Source: an uncultured Verrucomicrobiae bacterium (GTDB lineage: Bacteria; Chlamydiota; Chlamydiia; Chlamydiales; Rhabdochlamydiaceae). Taken from it: a DNA stretch of 64,000 bases. A program made the translations under genes and the position numbers. The first letter of the stretch is position 1, and each line of letters begins with the position of its first letter. Below the pieces are notes generated by a model. The model did not search any database, was not told where the DNA came from, and worked only from the letters and a program-made list of their open reading frames with translations. Below, piece after piece: positions 20,987 through 31,146 of this stretch. The DNA lies in contig CAWDYW010000003.1 of the NCBI GenBank assembly GCA_963806855.1, forward strand, positions 96,001 to 160,000, written 5' to 3'.

Positions 20987-21544
20987 CTATACCCCTTCCG
21001 GCTGCTTTGCTTGCCAATAGGCGTCCCCGTAATCGATGAGGAGCTCCTGGCCGGCAGGAATAGGGCAAATCGTCTTAAAACCGAAGTGAAACGAGCCGCC
21101 GTGGGGAATCCAAGTAACCCCTGCATTGGGTTCTTTGCCGAGGCCGCGATAGTCATTCACAAAGGCGAGTTCATTTGCAATATTCTTAGGATCAATGACT
21201 AAAAACTGGTCCCCAAGTTTTAGACAGCAGGCGTATTTAGATAGGTCCTTCGGGGCGTCTGTTAGGGAAAGCTCCCCGACAAACTCGCCCAGAATAACAT
21301 CTTTTTCAATGGGTGCTGTGGCAAAAACACCTCGCTCGCCTGCAAGCGGATGGGGCTTTTTGAGTAATGCGAGGGCGATATGGGGATGAACTTTTCCTTG
21401 GGCGATGAGGGGAGAAATGACATCTGGGTCATTCTCTTGTCCAAAACAACACCGCAAATAGAGCTTTAGGGTGAACGAATCGCAACCCTTGAGCAAGGAT
21501 TCGCCGGAGTAAGTGAACTGTTTTGGCCAATATTTAGGGGGCAT
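20987..21544 (-). CDS. SET-domain protein-lysine methyltransferase
   Basis: GERGVFA..I..D..LGEFVGE, FVND...PN, I.AGQELLIDYG..YW. Confidence 0.88.
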   Translation of the reverse strand: MPPKYWPKQFTYSGESLLKGCDSFTLKLYLRCCFGQENDPDVISPLIAQGKVHPHIALALLKKPHPLAGERGVFATAPIEKDVILGEFVGELSLTDAPKDLSKYACCLKLGDQFLVIDPKNIANELAFVNDYRGLGKEPNAGVTWIPHGGSFHFGFKTICPIPAGQELLIDYGDAYWQAKQPEGV

Positions 21545-21684
21545 ACCTTTTTTTCATATTATCGAGGATTGAATAAAAGTGAGAAAAAACTAACAATCGA
21601 CTCAAGCGCATGAATAGCTTATAGATGAAATCTATTGCAAGACATTTATGTAACTAATATACGAGGAAATAGGGGAGTAAGTTT

Positions 21685-21774
21685 ATGGCTCTATTTCAGC
21701 AAGGTCTTTTATTTTTGTCGGTGGGAGTGTTGGGCTATCTTCTCGCAGCAATCATTTGGCCGGAGAGGTTTTGA
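21685..21774 (+). CDS. kdpF: K+-transporting ATPase subunit F
   Basis: 29 aa MALFQQGLLFLSVGVLGYLLAAIIWPERF with the YL..A...PERF motif, just upstream of kdpA. Confidence 0.88.
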   Translation: MALFQQGLLFLSVGVLGYLLAAIIWPERF

Positions 21775-21777
21775 TAG

Positions 21778-23487
21778 ATGCAAACGGCCGATTGGATACA
21801 GCTAATCATCTTTCTCGGCATTATCATCCTTTTAACAAAACCAGTAGGAATATATCTTTACAAGATTTTGACGCCTAATGAATCGACTTTTCTCGATCCT
21901 GTCCTTAAGCCTGTAGAAAAACTGATCTATCGGGCCTGCCGCATCAATCCTCTTCTTGAGCAAAATTGGAAAGACTATCTTGCCTGTATCATGGGTTTTA
22001 GTCTGATTTCTCTTCTCTTTACTTTCGCCCTTCTAGCAGCTCAACATTATTTGCCTTTTAATCCACAGCATTTTGCCGCCCCTTCTTGGGACTTGAATCT
22101 CAACACCTCCACCAGCTTTATGACAAATACCGACTGGCAAAACTATGGCGGGGAATCGACAATGTCCTATTTCTCTCAAATGGCGGGATTGGCCGTGCAG
22201 AACTTTGTCTCCGCAGCAGTAGGACTTGCCGTCGCAGCAGCTCTGGTACGGGGGATTGCTAGAAAGACGGGGAAAACAATTGGTAATTTTTGGGCAGATT
22301 TGGTCCGGATTAGCCTCTATCTTTTACTCCCTATTTCGATCATTTGCGCTACTTTCTTTCTCTCAGAAGGGGTCCCACAGAACCTCAACCCATATGCAAA
22401 AGCGGAAACCTTGGAAATGGGGGTACAAACTATTGTACAAGGGCCGATTGCTTCTCAACAGGCGATTAAGATTCTCGGGACTAATGGGGGTGGGTTTACA
22501 AATGCCAATTCTGCCCACCCATATGAAAATCCCACTCCGTTATCCAACTTTTTTCAGATTCTTCTTATTCTTTTGATTCCTGCGGGACAAATTTATTATT
22601 TTGGGCGCAGTGTGGGCGATACAAAACATGCCTGGTGCATTTTCTCTGCGCTAGCGATTCTCTTTATCGCGGGGATTCTATTGTGCGCTCACTCCGAAGC
22701 TGTGGGGAATCCTGCCTTCGAGCATTTGGGATTAACCGGCGGCAACTGGGAAGGGAAAGAACAACGTTTTGGACTATTTGGTTCCGCCCTCTATGCCTGC
22801 GCAACCACGGTGGTCTCTTGTGGCGCAGTCAATTGCATGCATGATTCTTTGACCCCGATAGGAGGTCTTATCCCCATGCTCAATATCCAGTTAAGTGAAA
22901 CCATTTTTGGGGGTATTGGAGCGGGTCTTTATAGCATTCTTCTCTATGTGTTTCTTGCGATTTTCATTGCCGGTTTGGTGGTTGGGCGAACCCCTGAATA
23001 TTTAGGGAAAAAGATTGAATCCTTTGACGTCAAGATGACGATGATCGCTATCCTTTCCTATGTTCTTATTGTCCATGCTTTTACTGCTTGGAGCTGTTTT
23101 AGCGATTGGGGGGTCAAGGCACTTGGCAATACAGGCGCTCACGGATTTAGCGAAATCCTCTACGCCTATAGTTCCTGCGCTGCAAATAATGGGAGCGCAT
23201 TTGCTGGACTCTCAGGCAATACGCCACCCTATAACTTAACTTTAGCCGTAGCGATGTTTTTAGGGAGGTTCCTCGTTGTCGGTCCAGTGATTGCCCTAGC
23301 GGGGTCGCTGGTTCAAAAGAGAGTCCATCCTAAAAGTGCGGGCTCTTTTCCCATATCGAGTCTCATTTTTATTTCTCTTATCGTGGGGGTCATCATTCTT
23401 TTAGGAGCATTGACATTTTTACCCGCTTTGACGATGGGGCCGATTATTGAGCAATTTCACATGCTAACAGGGAAGCTTTTCTCATGA
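21778..23487 (+). CDS. kdpA: K+-transporting ATPase subunit A
   Basis: SFMTNTDWQNY, LGTNGGG, NSAHPYENP, ANNGSAF. Confidence 0.98.
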   Translation: MQTADWIQLIIFLGIIILLTKPVGIYLYKILTPNESTFLDPVLKPVEKLIYRACRINPLLEQNWKDYLACIMGFSLISLLFTFALLAAQHYLPFNPQHFAAPSWDLNLNTSTSFMTNTDWQNYGGESTMSYFSQMAGLAVQNFVSAAVGLAVAAALVRGIARKTGKTIGNFWADLVRISLYLLLPISIICATFFLSEGVPQNLNPYAKAETLEMGVQTIVQGPIASQQAIKILGTNGGGFTNANSAHPYENPTPLSNFFQILLILLIPAGQIYYFGRSVGDTKHAWCIFSALAILFIAGILLCAHSEAVGNPAFEHLGLTGGNWEGKEQRFGLFGSALYACATTVVSCGAVNCMHDSLTPIGGLIPMLNIQLSETIFGGIGAGLYSILLYVFLAIFIAGLVVGRTPEYLGKKIESFDVKMTMIAILSYVLIVHAFTAWSCFSDWGVKALGNTGAHGFSEILYAYSSCAANNGSAFAGLSGNTPPYNLTLAVAMFLGRFLVVGPVIALAGSLVQKRVHPKSAGSFPISSLIFISLIVGVIILLGALTFLPALTMGPIIEQFHMLTGKLFS

Positions 23488-25487
23488 CTTCCGCATTCCC
23501 TAAAAAACTTTTCATCTATGCCTTCCTCCAATCGCTAAAAAAATTAAATCCTTACGAGCTCTTACATAACCCTGTGATGTTTATTACAGAAATCGGGGCT
23601 ATCATCACCACCATCGAGTGGCTTTTCCTCTCTACTGACAATCCCTTTTTTTACTCGCAAGTGACGATTTGGCTATGGCTTACTGTCCTTTTTGCCAATT
23701 TTGCCGAAGCGATTGCTGAAGTGCGCAACAAGTCCCAAGCAGAGTCTCTCCGCCACGGCAGAATAGAGACGATGGCCCATTTGCAGCAAAAAGATGGAAG
23801 TTATCTTACGGTGAACTGCAAAGAACTCAAAAAAAATGATATCGCAAAAGTTTCGGCGGGAGAGGTTATTCCGGCGGATGGGGAGATTATTGAAGGGATA
23901 GCCTCGATAGATGAGTCGGCAGTGACGGGAGAATCAGCCCCTGTGATTCGCGCCGCTGAAACAGATCATAGTTCTGTAACTGCTGGAACAAAAGTTCTCT
24001 CCGATTATATTCTTATTAGGATCTCTTCAGATCCAGGGAGCAGCTTCCTGGATCGGATGATCGATCTGATTGAAAGTGCCAAGAGAAAAAAATCTCCCAA
24101 TGAGATCGCTTTAACCATTCTCCTCTCCGGGCTGACCTTCATTTTCGTCGTCGTCGTCGTAGCAATGAAGATCTTCGGCACATACTTCCACGTCGATTTT
24201 TCTGTGACGATGTTAGTGGCTCTTTTGATTTGCTTAATCCCTACCACGATCGCGGGCCTGCTCAGCGCCATAGGCATTGCTGGCATCAATCGCCTGATGA
24301 AAAAACATGTGCTCGCTCTCAGTGGCCAAGCCGTAGAGGCCGCAGGGGATATCGATATGATCCTGATCGATAAGACAGGGACAATTACCGTCGGCCATCG
24401 ACAGGCCTCTGAGATCACCGTTGCATCCGATGTGTCGCTACAGGATTTTGTTAAAGCGACCTATTATTCCACCCTGCATGATCTAACGGATGAAGGGAGA
24501 AGCATCATCAATTTTCTCAAACAACATTACGAAAAAGAGTTGCCCCCAGAGCGCTCGAGCCTCATATCTATCCCCTTTACTGCACAGACGCGCATGAGTG
24601 GAGCTGATCTTGATGGAGAAAAATTCCGCAAAGGAGCTACGGATGCCGTTGAGAAGTTTATAGGGCATAATCTCCCTATGGAACTTGCTAATACTGTCAA
24701 AAAATATGCTGAGCGAGGAGGCACGCCTCTGATAGTCTGTAATGGACACCGTGCGCTGGGTGTTATTCTATTGAAAGACATCGTAAAGAAAGGACTTACC
24801 GAGCTGTTTTCTCGTTTTCGTTCCATGGGAATACGCACCGTGATGATCACAGGAGATAATCCCATCACCGCTGCTACAATAGCAAAAGAGGCAGGGCTTG
24901 ACGATTTCCTCGCTGAAGTAACACCCGAGCAAAAACTGAAAACCGTTCTTCAAATGCAAAAAGAAGGAAGGATGGTAGCCATGACTGGAGACGGTGTCAA
25001 CGATGCGCCAGCTCTAGCACAAGCAGATGTCGGCGTAGCGATGAATTCTGGAACGCAGGCAGCGAAAGAAGCGGGGAACATGATTGATCTGGACTCCCAT
25101 CCCAGCAAACTCTTTGAAATCATTGAGATCGGGAAACAAATGCTGATGACGCGGGGTGCCCTAACTACTTTTTCAACTGCCAATGATATTGCAAAATACT
25201 TTGCCATCATCCCTGCGATACTGATTCCCTTTTTTCCTTCTGTTAGCGCGCTGAATTTGATGCGTCTTGCTACCCCGCAAAGCGCTGTATTAAGCGCAGT
25301 GATTTTTAATGCGGTAATCATTCCAGCGCTCATTCCTCTCGCTTTTAGAGGGGTTAAAATGATCCCTCAGCAGGCATTGCTCATCTTGCGGCGGAACCTT
25401 CTCATTTACGGAGTGGGTGGGATTGTGCTGCCCTTTATTGGCATTAAGCTCATCGATTTGCTGCTGATCAGGTTGGGGGTAATATGA
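23484..25487 (+). CDS. kdpB: K+-transporting ATPase subunit B
   Basis: TGESAPV, CLIPTTI, DKTGTIT, TGDGVND, ANDIAKYF. Confidence 0.98.
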   Translation: MTSAFPKKLFIYAFLQSLKKLNPYELLHNPVMFITEIGAIITTIEWLFLSTDNPFFYSQVTIWLWLTVLFANFAEAIAEVRNKSQAESLRHGRIETMAHLQQKDGSYLTVNCKELKKNDIAKVSAGEVIPADGEIIEGIASIDESAVTGESAPVIRAAETDHSSVTAGTKVLSDYILIRISSDPGSSFLDRMIDLIESAKRKKSPNEIALTILLSGLTFIFVVVVVAMKIFGTYFHVDFSVTMLVALLICLIPTTIAGLLSAIGIAGINRLMKKHVLALSGQAVEAAGDIDMILIDKTGTITVGHRQASEITVASDVSLQDFVKATYYSTLHDLTDEGRSIINFLKQHYEKELPPERSSLISIPFTAQTRMSGADLDGEKFRKGATDAVEKFIGHNLPMELANTVKKYAERGGTPLIVCNGHRALGVILLKDIVKKGLTELFSRFRSMGIRTVMITGDNPITAATIAKEAGLDDFLAEVTPEQKLKTVLQMQKEGRMVAMTGDGVNDAPALAQADVGVAMNSGTQAAKEAGNMIDLDSHPSKLFEIIEIGKQMLMTRGALTTFSTANDIAKYFAIIPAILIPFFPSVSALNLMRLATPQSAVLSAVIFNAVIIPALIPLAFRGVKMIPQQALLILRRNLLIYGVGGIVLPFIGIKLIDLLLIRLGVI

Positions 25488-26089
25488 AAACATTTTTCGG
25501 CTCCTTAAAACCTGCCTTGATTGCATTAGCGCTTTTAACTGTAATCTTAGGAATTCTCTACCCCCTATTTATATACGGGATCGGAGAGCTTTTTTTTCAT
25601 AAAAAGACAAATGGGACCCTATTTTACGATAAAGTTGGAAAAATCGTGGGTTCGGAGTGGATCGGGCAAAACTTCACCAAGCCCGAGTATTTTCATCCAA
25701 GACCTTCAGCTGCGGGGGATAAAGGATATGATGCCACCAGTTCTTCTGGGAGCAATCTCGGCCCCACATCGCAAAAGCTTGTCGATACTCTCAAGAAAAG
25801 AGCAGCTGACTATCGATCTGAAAATAAATTGCCCCCTGATGCCGTGATCCCGGCCGATGCCGTTACCGCTTCAGGGAGCGGGCTAGATCCTCATATTAGC
25901 GTCAGCAATGCTCTGCTACAAGCGGCTCGCATTGCAGCTGCGCGCCATTTAAATACAGATCAGGTGAAAACACTCATTGAGGAATTTACTGAAGCCCCCA
26001 CGTGGGGACTTTTTGGAGAGAGTCGCATCAATGTTCTTCGCATTAATCTTCGATTAGATGAAATCAGCCCTTCCAAAAAGTCATTATGA
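25484..26089 (+). CDS. kdpC: K+-transporting ATPase subunit C
   Basis: IGQNF...YFHPRPSA, SGSNLGP, TASGSGLDPHIS. Confidence 0.98.
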   Translation: MKTFFGSLKPALIALALLTVILGILYPLFIYGIGELFFHKKTNGTLFYDKVGKIVGSEWIGQNFTKPEYFHPRPSAAGDKGYDATSSSGSNLGPTSQKLVDTLKKRAADYRSENKLPPDAVIPADAVTASGSGLDPHISVSNALLQAARIAAARHLNTDQVKTLIEEFTEAPTWGLFGESRINVLRINLRLDEISPSKKSL

Positions 26090-27063
26090 AAAGTAGAACG
26101 CTCCTTTTTGGCCTCGTTCTTTTAACGGCTCTTGCTTATGCAGATGAGGGACCTTCAGCCCCTAGCGCTCCTACACCCTGGTTGACAGGTCCATTGATTG
26201 CCCCTACTGGAACGGTCATTCCCTATGGACACTTCACAATTGAATCTTATCTCTATTGCACGACCAATTCAGGGACTTACAACAAAGACTGGCATTACGT
26301 CTCTTCACCACATAACTTTTTCATCTTAAACCCTCAGTTTCTCTGTTACTTTGGATTGACCTCTTGGATGGATATCAAAATTACCCCTCAATTTTTTTAT
26401 AATACGACCTCTAATCAACACTCAGGAGGCTTTGGCGATTTTACAGTTGGATTGGATTTTCAATTGTTTGATGCTGGAGCTAAAACAAATTTTCCCGGAA
26501 TCAAATTTGCGGTCAAGGAAACATTTCCTACTGGAAAGTATCAGCACCTGAATCCTAAAAAGCTGATGACCGATCAGACCGGCGCTGGAACTTATGCGAC
26601 GATTTTTAATTTGGTTCTCTATAAAGTTTATCACCTCGGAACCGGCCACCATTTTTTAAGCACAACCTATTACGCATCCTATACAATCAATATTCCCATC
26701 ACTGTGCGTGGTTTTAATACTTATGGAGGGGGCTTTGGAACACGTGGCAAAGTTCTTCCAGGGAATATTTTTCAAGCGACCATAAGCTTTGAGTACTCAC
26801 TCAATCAAAATTGGGTCATCGCCCTGGATAATGTGTATACCCACACCGATCACACTGAATTTTTCGGCGCTCTAGGAAGGACATCTTCCGGCGCTCAGGC
26901 AAGTGTTGAAAGCCCTTCGAATGAACAGATTAGTTTTGCTCCGGCCCTGGAATACAACTTCAGCAGTCACTTTGGAATTTGCGCCGGCTGTTGGTTCACA
27001 GCCTGGGGAAGAAACAGCACTGCATTTATCAGCGGTGTTGTGAACTTTGACTATACCTATTAG
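26086..27063 (+). CDS. Exported protein, probable outer-membrane beta-barrel
   Basis: Signal peptide, W.TGPL.AP, GD...G..FQ, FPTGKY, beta pattern ending in aromatic; ATGA overlap with kdpC. Confidence 0.65.
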   Translation: MKSRTLLFGLVLLTALAYADEGPSAPSAPTPWLTGPLIAPTGTVIPYGHFTIESYLYCTTNSGTYNKDWHYVSSPHNFFILNPQFLCYFGLTSWMDIKITPQFFYNTTSNQHSGGFGDFTVGLDFQLFDAGAKTNFPGIKFAVKETFPTGKYQHLNPKKLMTDQTGAGTYATIFNLVLYKVYHLGTGHHFLSTTYYASYTINIPITVRGFNTYGGGFGTRGKVLPGNIFQATISFEYSLNQNWVIALDNVYTHTDHTEFFGALGRTSSGAQASVESPSNEQISFAPALEYNFSSHFGICAGCWFTAWGRNSTAFISGVVNFDYTY

Positions 27064-27167
27064 AAAAAAGCTTTACCACTCTCTTGCGCACCTATTCTTG
27101 AACTGATTGAATAGGAAATCCAAAGGACAGCGGTCAAAAAGAGAGATACGATTCAAGGGTGTCGCTT

Positions 27168-28586
27168 TTACCAAACAGGTCTATCAGCACCAAAAGGCTG
27201 CATAAGAGTTAAATTTGATTCAGGCATATTGGAAAATTGGACTGCTGGTGCAAGTTGGGTTATGTCCCCGTAGGTCGTGGGCTTAGTGATAAGCTTTAAG
27301 GGATAATTATCGCTGCTGGGACACTGCAAATATAGCTTTTTCTCTATTAAGCCTAGGTCCTGTACCCACATTGCAGATTTTGCAAGGGAGATTTTCACGT
27401 GATAGGAGCCCCCTTCTTTTGCACGTCTTAGTAAAGCAATCATCATGCCCGCTGCAGCAAAATAGGCTGAGATTAGGTCATTTAAATAGAAAACGGGCGA
27501 GTATTTGGGTTCATCGGGAGATCCTTCTGTAATTGAAAATCCTGTTGCAACTTGTGCATTTTGATCAAACCCAGGTCTGTTTATCCATGGCCCGTCATGT
27601 CCGTAGGCATTGATTGAAAGGTAGACTAGCCCTTTAGTGCTCATTTTTGCGCAGTCTTTGGCGGCAATTGAAAATTTTTCAACCACAGAAGGTCTATAGG
27701 ACTGAGCAAATACATCTGCATTCTCTATGAGTTTGCATAAACTATCTTGATCGGCTTCTTGTTTTAAATTTAAATAAGCGGATCGTTTTCCAAAGTTCAC
27801 TGCAAAGTTTTGCGCCAGCGTATCTCTTTCATAGGGAGAGCTTATATGTAACACGTTTGCACCAAACTCAGCCAATGTTCGTGTACTTCTCGGCCCAGCA
27901 AGTACGTGTGTGAAATCCAGTACGCGAATTTCCGATAAAGGGGTCGAAGGATTTTCAGCAAAATGCACAGGAGGAGAATCTGCTATTTTTTCAATTTCGA
28001 TGATGGGAACATCAATCAAATATTTGCCCTGCGGATGCAGTCTCCACTCGTCTCTTGTATATGCAACTGAACATGGCAATCCAAGATCCGATAGTTTTTC
28101 TTGAAGTAGTTCAGAATCCCAAGATGAGATTGATCTGGCAATTGATTTTCGATTGTTTCCGCAGTCAAAAAAATTTAAATAGCCATTCATAAGCTTCTGA
28201 TAAGGAGGACCCGATTCAATCATTACTTTTCGTCCATCTTTGCAGGTAAAAATGCCGTTTGTTGGGACAATTTCTGCTCCAAGAGGGATATGATGTCCCG
28301 ACTGCCAAATAAAATGAGTAGGATGTAAGTAATGAATAGCATCGAAAATATTTAATGAGATATCACTTTGATTTCCTGTACGATAATTCCAAATAGCAGC
28401 AGCAGCAATGGACTGAAAAATTAATACAGAACTAATCGCTTCCCCGAGGCGATGTGGCGACTTTAATATTGGATCATGTCCTTCAAGAGTAACCTCGCCT
28501 TGAAAAAATTCAGCTAACCCATATTGTTTGATTAGGTTCTCAAGAACGGGTAATTCTCCATTTTTGAGAGAGAAAATTTTTTTCAT
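27168..28586 (-). CDS. CaiB/BaiF family III CoA-transferase
   Basis: IRVLDFTHVLAGP, NFGKRS, ADVF..SYRP, RPGFD. Confidence 0.9.
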   Translation of the reverse strand: MKKIFSLKNGELPVLENLIKQYGLAEFFQGEVTLEGHDPILKSPHRLGEAISSVLIFQSIAAAAIWNYRTGNQSDISLNIFDAIHYLHPTHFIWQSGHHIPLGAEIVPTNGIFTCKDGRKVMIESGPPYQKLMNGYLNFFDCGNNRKSIARSISSWDSELLQEKLSDLGLPCSVAYTRDEWRLHPQGKYLIDVPIIEIEKIADSPPVHFAENPSTPLSEIRVLDFTHVLAGPRSTRTLAEFGANVLHISSPYERDTLAQNFAVNFGKRSAYLNLKQEADQDSLCKLIENADVFAQSYRPSVVEKFSIAAKDCAKMSTKGLVYLSINAYGHDGPWINRPGFDQNAQVATGFSITEGSPDEPKYSPVFYLNDLISAYFAAAGMMIALLRRAKEGGSYHVKISLAKSAMWVQDLGLIEKKLYLQCPSSDNYPLKLITKPTTYGDITQLAPAVQFSNMPESNLTLMQPFGADRPVW

Positions 28587-28878
28587 ATTCGACGCATATT
28601 GGATCCGTTAAACTTAGAATGTAAAAATATTTAATAGGTGTCAACAACTACTCATCGACGAATTTTGGATATGATTTTGATGGGGTCCCCAATGGATGCT
28701 TATTTGGGGCGGAACACTTTTCGTAACTGGTTTTAGAATTTTCTGTAATAGGGGTTTAGGGAGCAATGGAATAAATCAGTATTTTATTATACAGGTCTTT
28801 CAGCAAAGTGCTGTAGTACATTGACAAGTTCTGATGGATTTCCTATATGCATATAGTAACAGGAGATTCATCATTATA

Positions 28879-30030
28879 ATGAAATTGCTAATTAAGCCTT
28901 TCCAGCTGAGATCGTTGCAGATTCGCAATCGCATAGTGATGGCCCCGATGACGCGTAATAAATCCAAAAGAGGCATACCAGGTGATGACGTTGCCCAATA
29001 TTATCAAAAACGTGCTGAAGGAGGCGTAGGTCTTATTATCACAGAAGGCACCATAATTGGACACAAAGCTTCAAATGGTTATCCGGACGTTCCACATTTT
29101 TATGGCGAAGAAGCTTTAAAAGGATGGGAACGGGTTGTTGAAGGAGTTCATCAAGCAGGTGGAAAAATTTTTCCTCAGATTTGGCATGTTGGGAGCATTC
29201 GTCAGACTCACCATCATTGTCATAATGAAGGAGTGGACAATCTTGGAGAACAATGTTGTTACAATGCAAGAGTGCCAGGGTATGCGCCATCACCTGTGCC
29301 ACATCCTTATGTTGAAGGAGCAGAGATTCCTCATGAGATGACCTTAAAAGATATAGAAGAGGTGATTCAGGCATTTGCTAAGGCTGCCCTAGAGGCAAAA
29401 ACACTAGGATTCGATGGAGTGGAAATCCATGGAGCTCATGGATATCTTATCGATCAATTTTTTTGGGATCGTACAAATAAAAGACATGATCAGTATGGAG
29501 GCAAAAGTATTTCACAGAGAGTACAGTTTGGCGTTGAGGTCGTCCAAGCAGTTCGAAATGCTGTGGGTCCAGATTTTCCAATCGATTTTCGCTTTTCTCA
29601 ATGGAAATTGGGAGACTATAAGGCAAAACTTGCTCATTCTCCTATAGAATTAGAATCGTTTCTTGATCCATTAGCAAAAGCAGGTGTAGATCTATTTCAT
29701 TGCAGTACTCGTCGTTTTTGGGAACCAGAGTTTGCTGATTCTCCATTAAACTTGGCCGGATGGACAAAAAAAATTACAGGGAAACCAACAATTACCGTGG
29801 GTTCTGTCGGACTGGACGATGATTTTGTCACTACCATGTCTAAGCACTTTTCTCCTCACCAGAGTCAGGATAAAATGAATATTCTGTTGCAGTCTTTTCA
29901 ACAAGGAGAATTCGATTTAGTAGCCGTTGGAAGATCCCTTTTGGCTGACCCATTTTGGCTTCAGAAAATAATAGAGGGACGCTTTGATGAGATTATTCCC
30001 TTTTCCGAAGAAGCCCTGACTAAATTATGA
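28879..30030 (+). CDS. NADH:flavin oxidoreductase (old yellow enzyme family)
   Basis: NRIVMAPMTR, GFDGVEIHGAHGYLIDQF. Confidence 0.93.
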   Translation: MKLLIKPFQLRSLQIRNRIVMAPMTRNKSKRGIPGDDVAQYYQKRAEGGVGLIITEGTIIGHKASNGYPDVPHFYGEEALKGWERVVEGVHQAGGKIFPQIWHVGSIRQTHHHCHNEGVDNLGEQCCYNARVPGYAPSPVPHPYVEGAEIPHEMTLKDIEEVIQAFAKAALEAKTLGFDGVEIHGAHGYLIDQFFWDRTNKRHDQYGGKSISQRVQFGVEVVQAVRNAVGPDFPIDFRFSQWKLGDYKAKLAHSPIELESFLDPLAKAGVDLFHCSTRRFWEPEFADSPLNLAGWTKKITGKPTITVGSVGLDDDFVTTMSKHFSPHQSQDKMNILLQSFQQGEFDLVAVGRSLLADPFWLQKIIEGRFDEIIPFSEEALTKL

Positions 30031-30104
30031 TTCTCTGTTCTTCATTTTTCATATAGACTGGATATAAATAAAATTTTATATCAATGCATGAAGCAATTCA
30101 TTGC

Positions 30105-30274
30105 TATACTGCGCCCGCTTAGGTTTTGCGAATTTTGGGAGTCTCAGAGCGTGCCCAGATACGAAGGATCATGACGAGGAAGATATTCCTGTAATATCTT
30201 CGAGGAGAGATCCTTCGTAGATGGGTCGCTATGATGGCTTCAAAAATTCGCAAAACCTAAGCGGGGGCAGTATA
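30105..30274. mobile_element. Palindromic MITE/RPE-like element, family B
   Basis: tatactgcgcccgcttaggttttgcgaatttt ... aaaattcgcaaaacctaagcgggggcagtata with nested inner stems. Confidence 0.85.
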
Positions 30275-30275
30275 A

Positions 30276-31130
30276 ATGGGAGATTGGATGAAGGATTTTT
30301 TGAGCGCGCGGACGATGTTATTTACTCCCGGTAATCGCCCTGAACGTTTTGAAAAAGCAAAAGAAGCAGGAGCAGATGGGGTTATCATCGATTTAGAAGA
30401 TGCTATTTCCCTTGCAGAAAAAGATAAAGCGCGTGAAATCGTCATTCAATACTTTAAAAATTCCTCACCAACCAAAAACTTTTTGCATTGTTTGCGCATC
30501 AACAGCATCAAAACAGCCCCGGGATTAAAAGATATTTCTGCGCTGATTGATAATCATATTTCTCCAGATGTCATTCTCATTCCGAAAACAGAGTATGCGG
30601 CAGAGATTATTATTCTGGACGCTCTACTGCAGCCTCGCTCTATTCCTTATATCGCACTTATCGAAACCGCCAGAGGACTTCAAAATGCCGATGAGATTGC
30701 ATTAAGCAGCCCCAATATAAAAGCAATTTGTTTTGGCGGTGCAGATCTCGCGGCTGATTTAGGAGCAATTCTAACATGGGAGTCGATGCTAAATGCACGC
30801 TCACAAATTGTTCGTTCTGCAGCAATTGCTGGGATAGCAGCATTTGATGTGCCGTATTTAAATCTTCACGATTCAGACGATAGCGGAATATTGGAAGAAA
30901 CTAGACGAGTTAAAGCGTTGGGATTTACTGGAAAATTTGCTATTCATCCTAAACATATTAAACCTATCTTGGATTCATTTACACCATCAGAAGAAGAAGT
31001 TGAGCAGGCACGACTTATTGTCGATGCTTATGAGAAGGCGCGGGGCAATGCATGCGAAATCAACGGAAAAATGATCGATGTTCCCATTGCGCGATCAGCC
31101 AAACGGATATTGGCAATAATAAATCATTAA
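30276..31130 (+). CDS. ripC: CitE-like CoA-ester lyase, probable (S)-citramalyl-CoA lyase
   Basis: LFTPGNR, IDLEDA, IETA.G, FGGADL, GKFAIHP. Confidence 0.8.
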   Translation: MGDWMKDFLSARTMLFTPGNRPERFEKAKEAGADGVIIDLEDAISLAEKDKAREIVIQYFKNSSPTKNFLHCLRINSIKTAPGLKDISALIDNHISPDVILIPKTEYAAEIIILDALLQPRSIPYIALIETARGLQNADEIALSSPNIKAICFGGADLAADLGAILTWESMLNARSQIVRSAAIAGIAAFDVPYLNLHDSDDSGILEETRRVKALGFTGKFAIHPKHIKPILDSFTPSEEEVEQARLIVDAYEKARGNACEINGKMIDVPIARSAKRILAIINH

Positions 31131-31146
31131 TTTTAAGGATCAAGCT

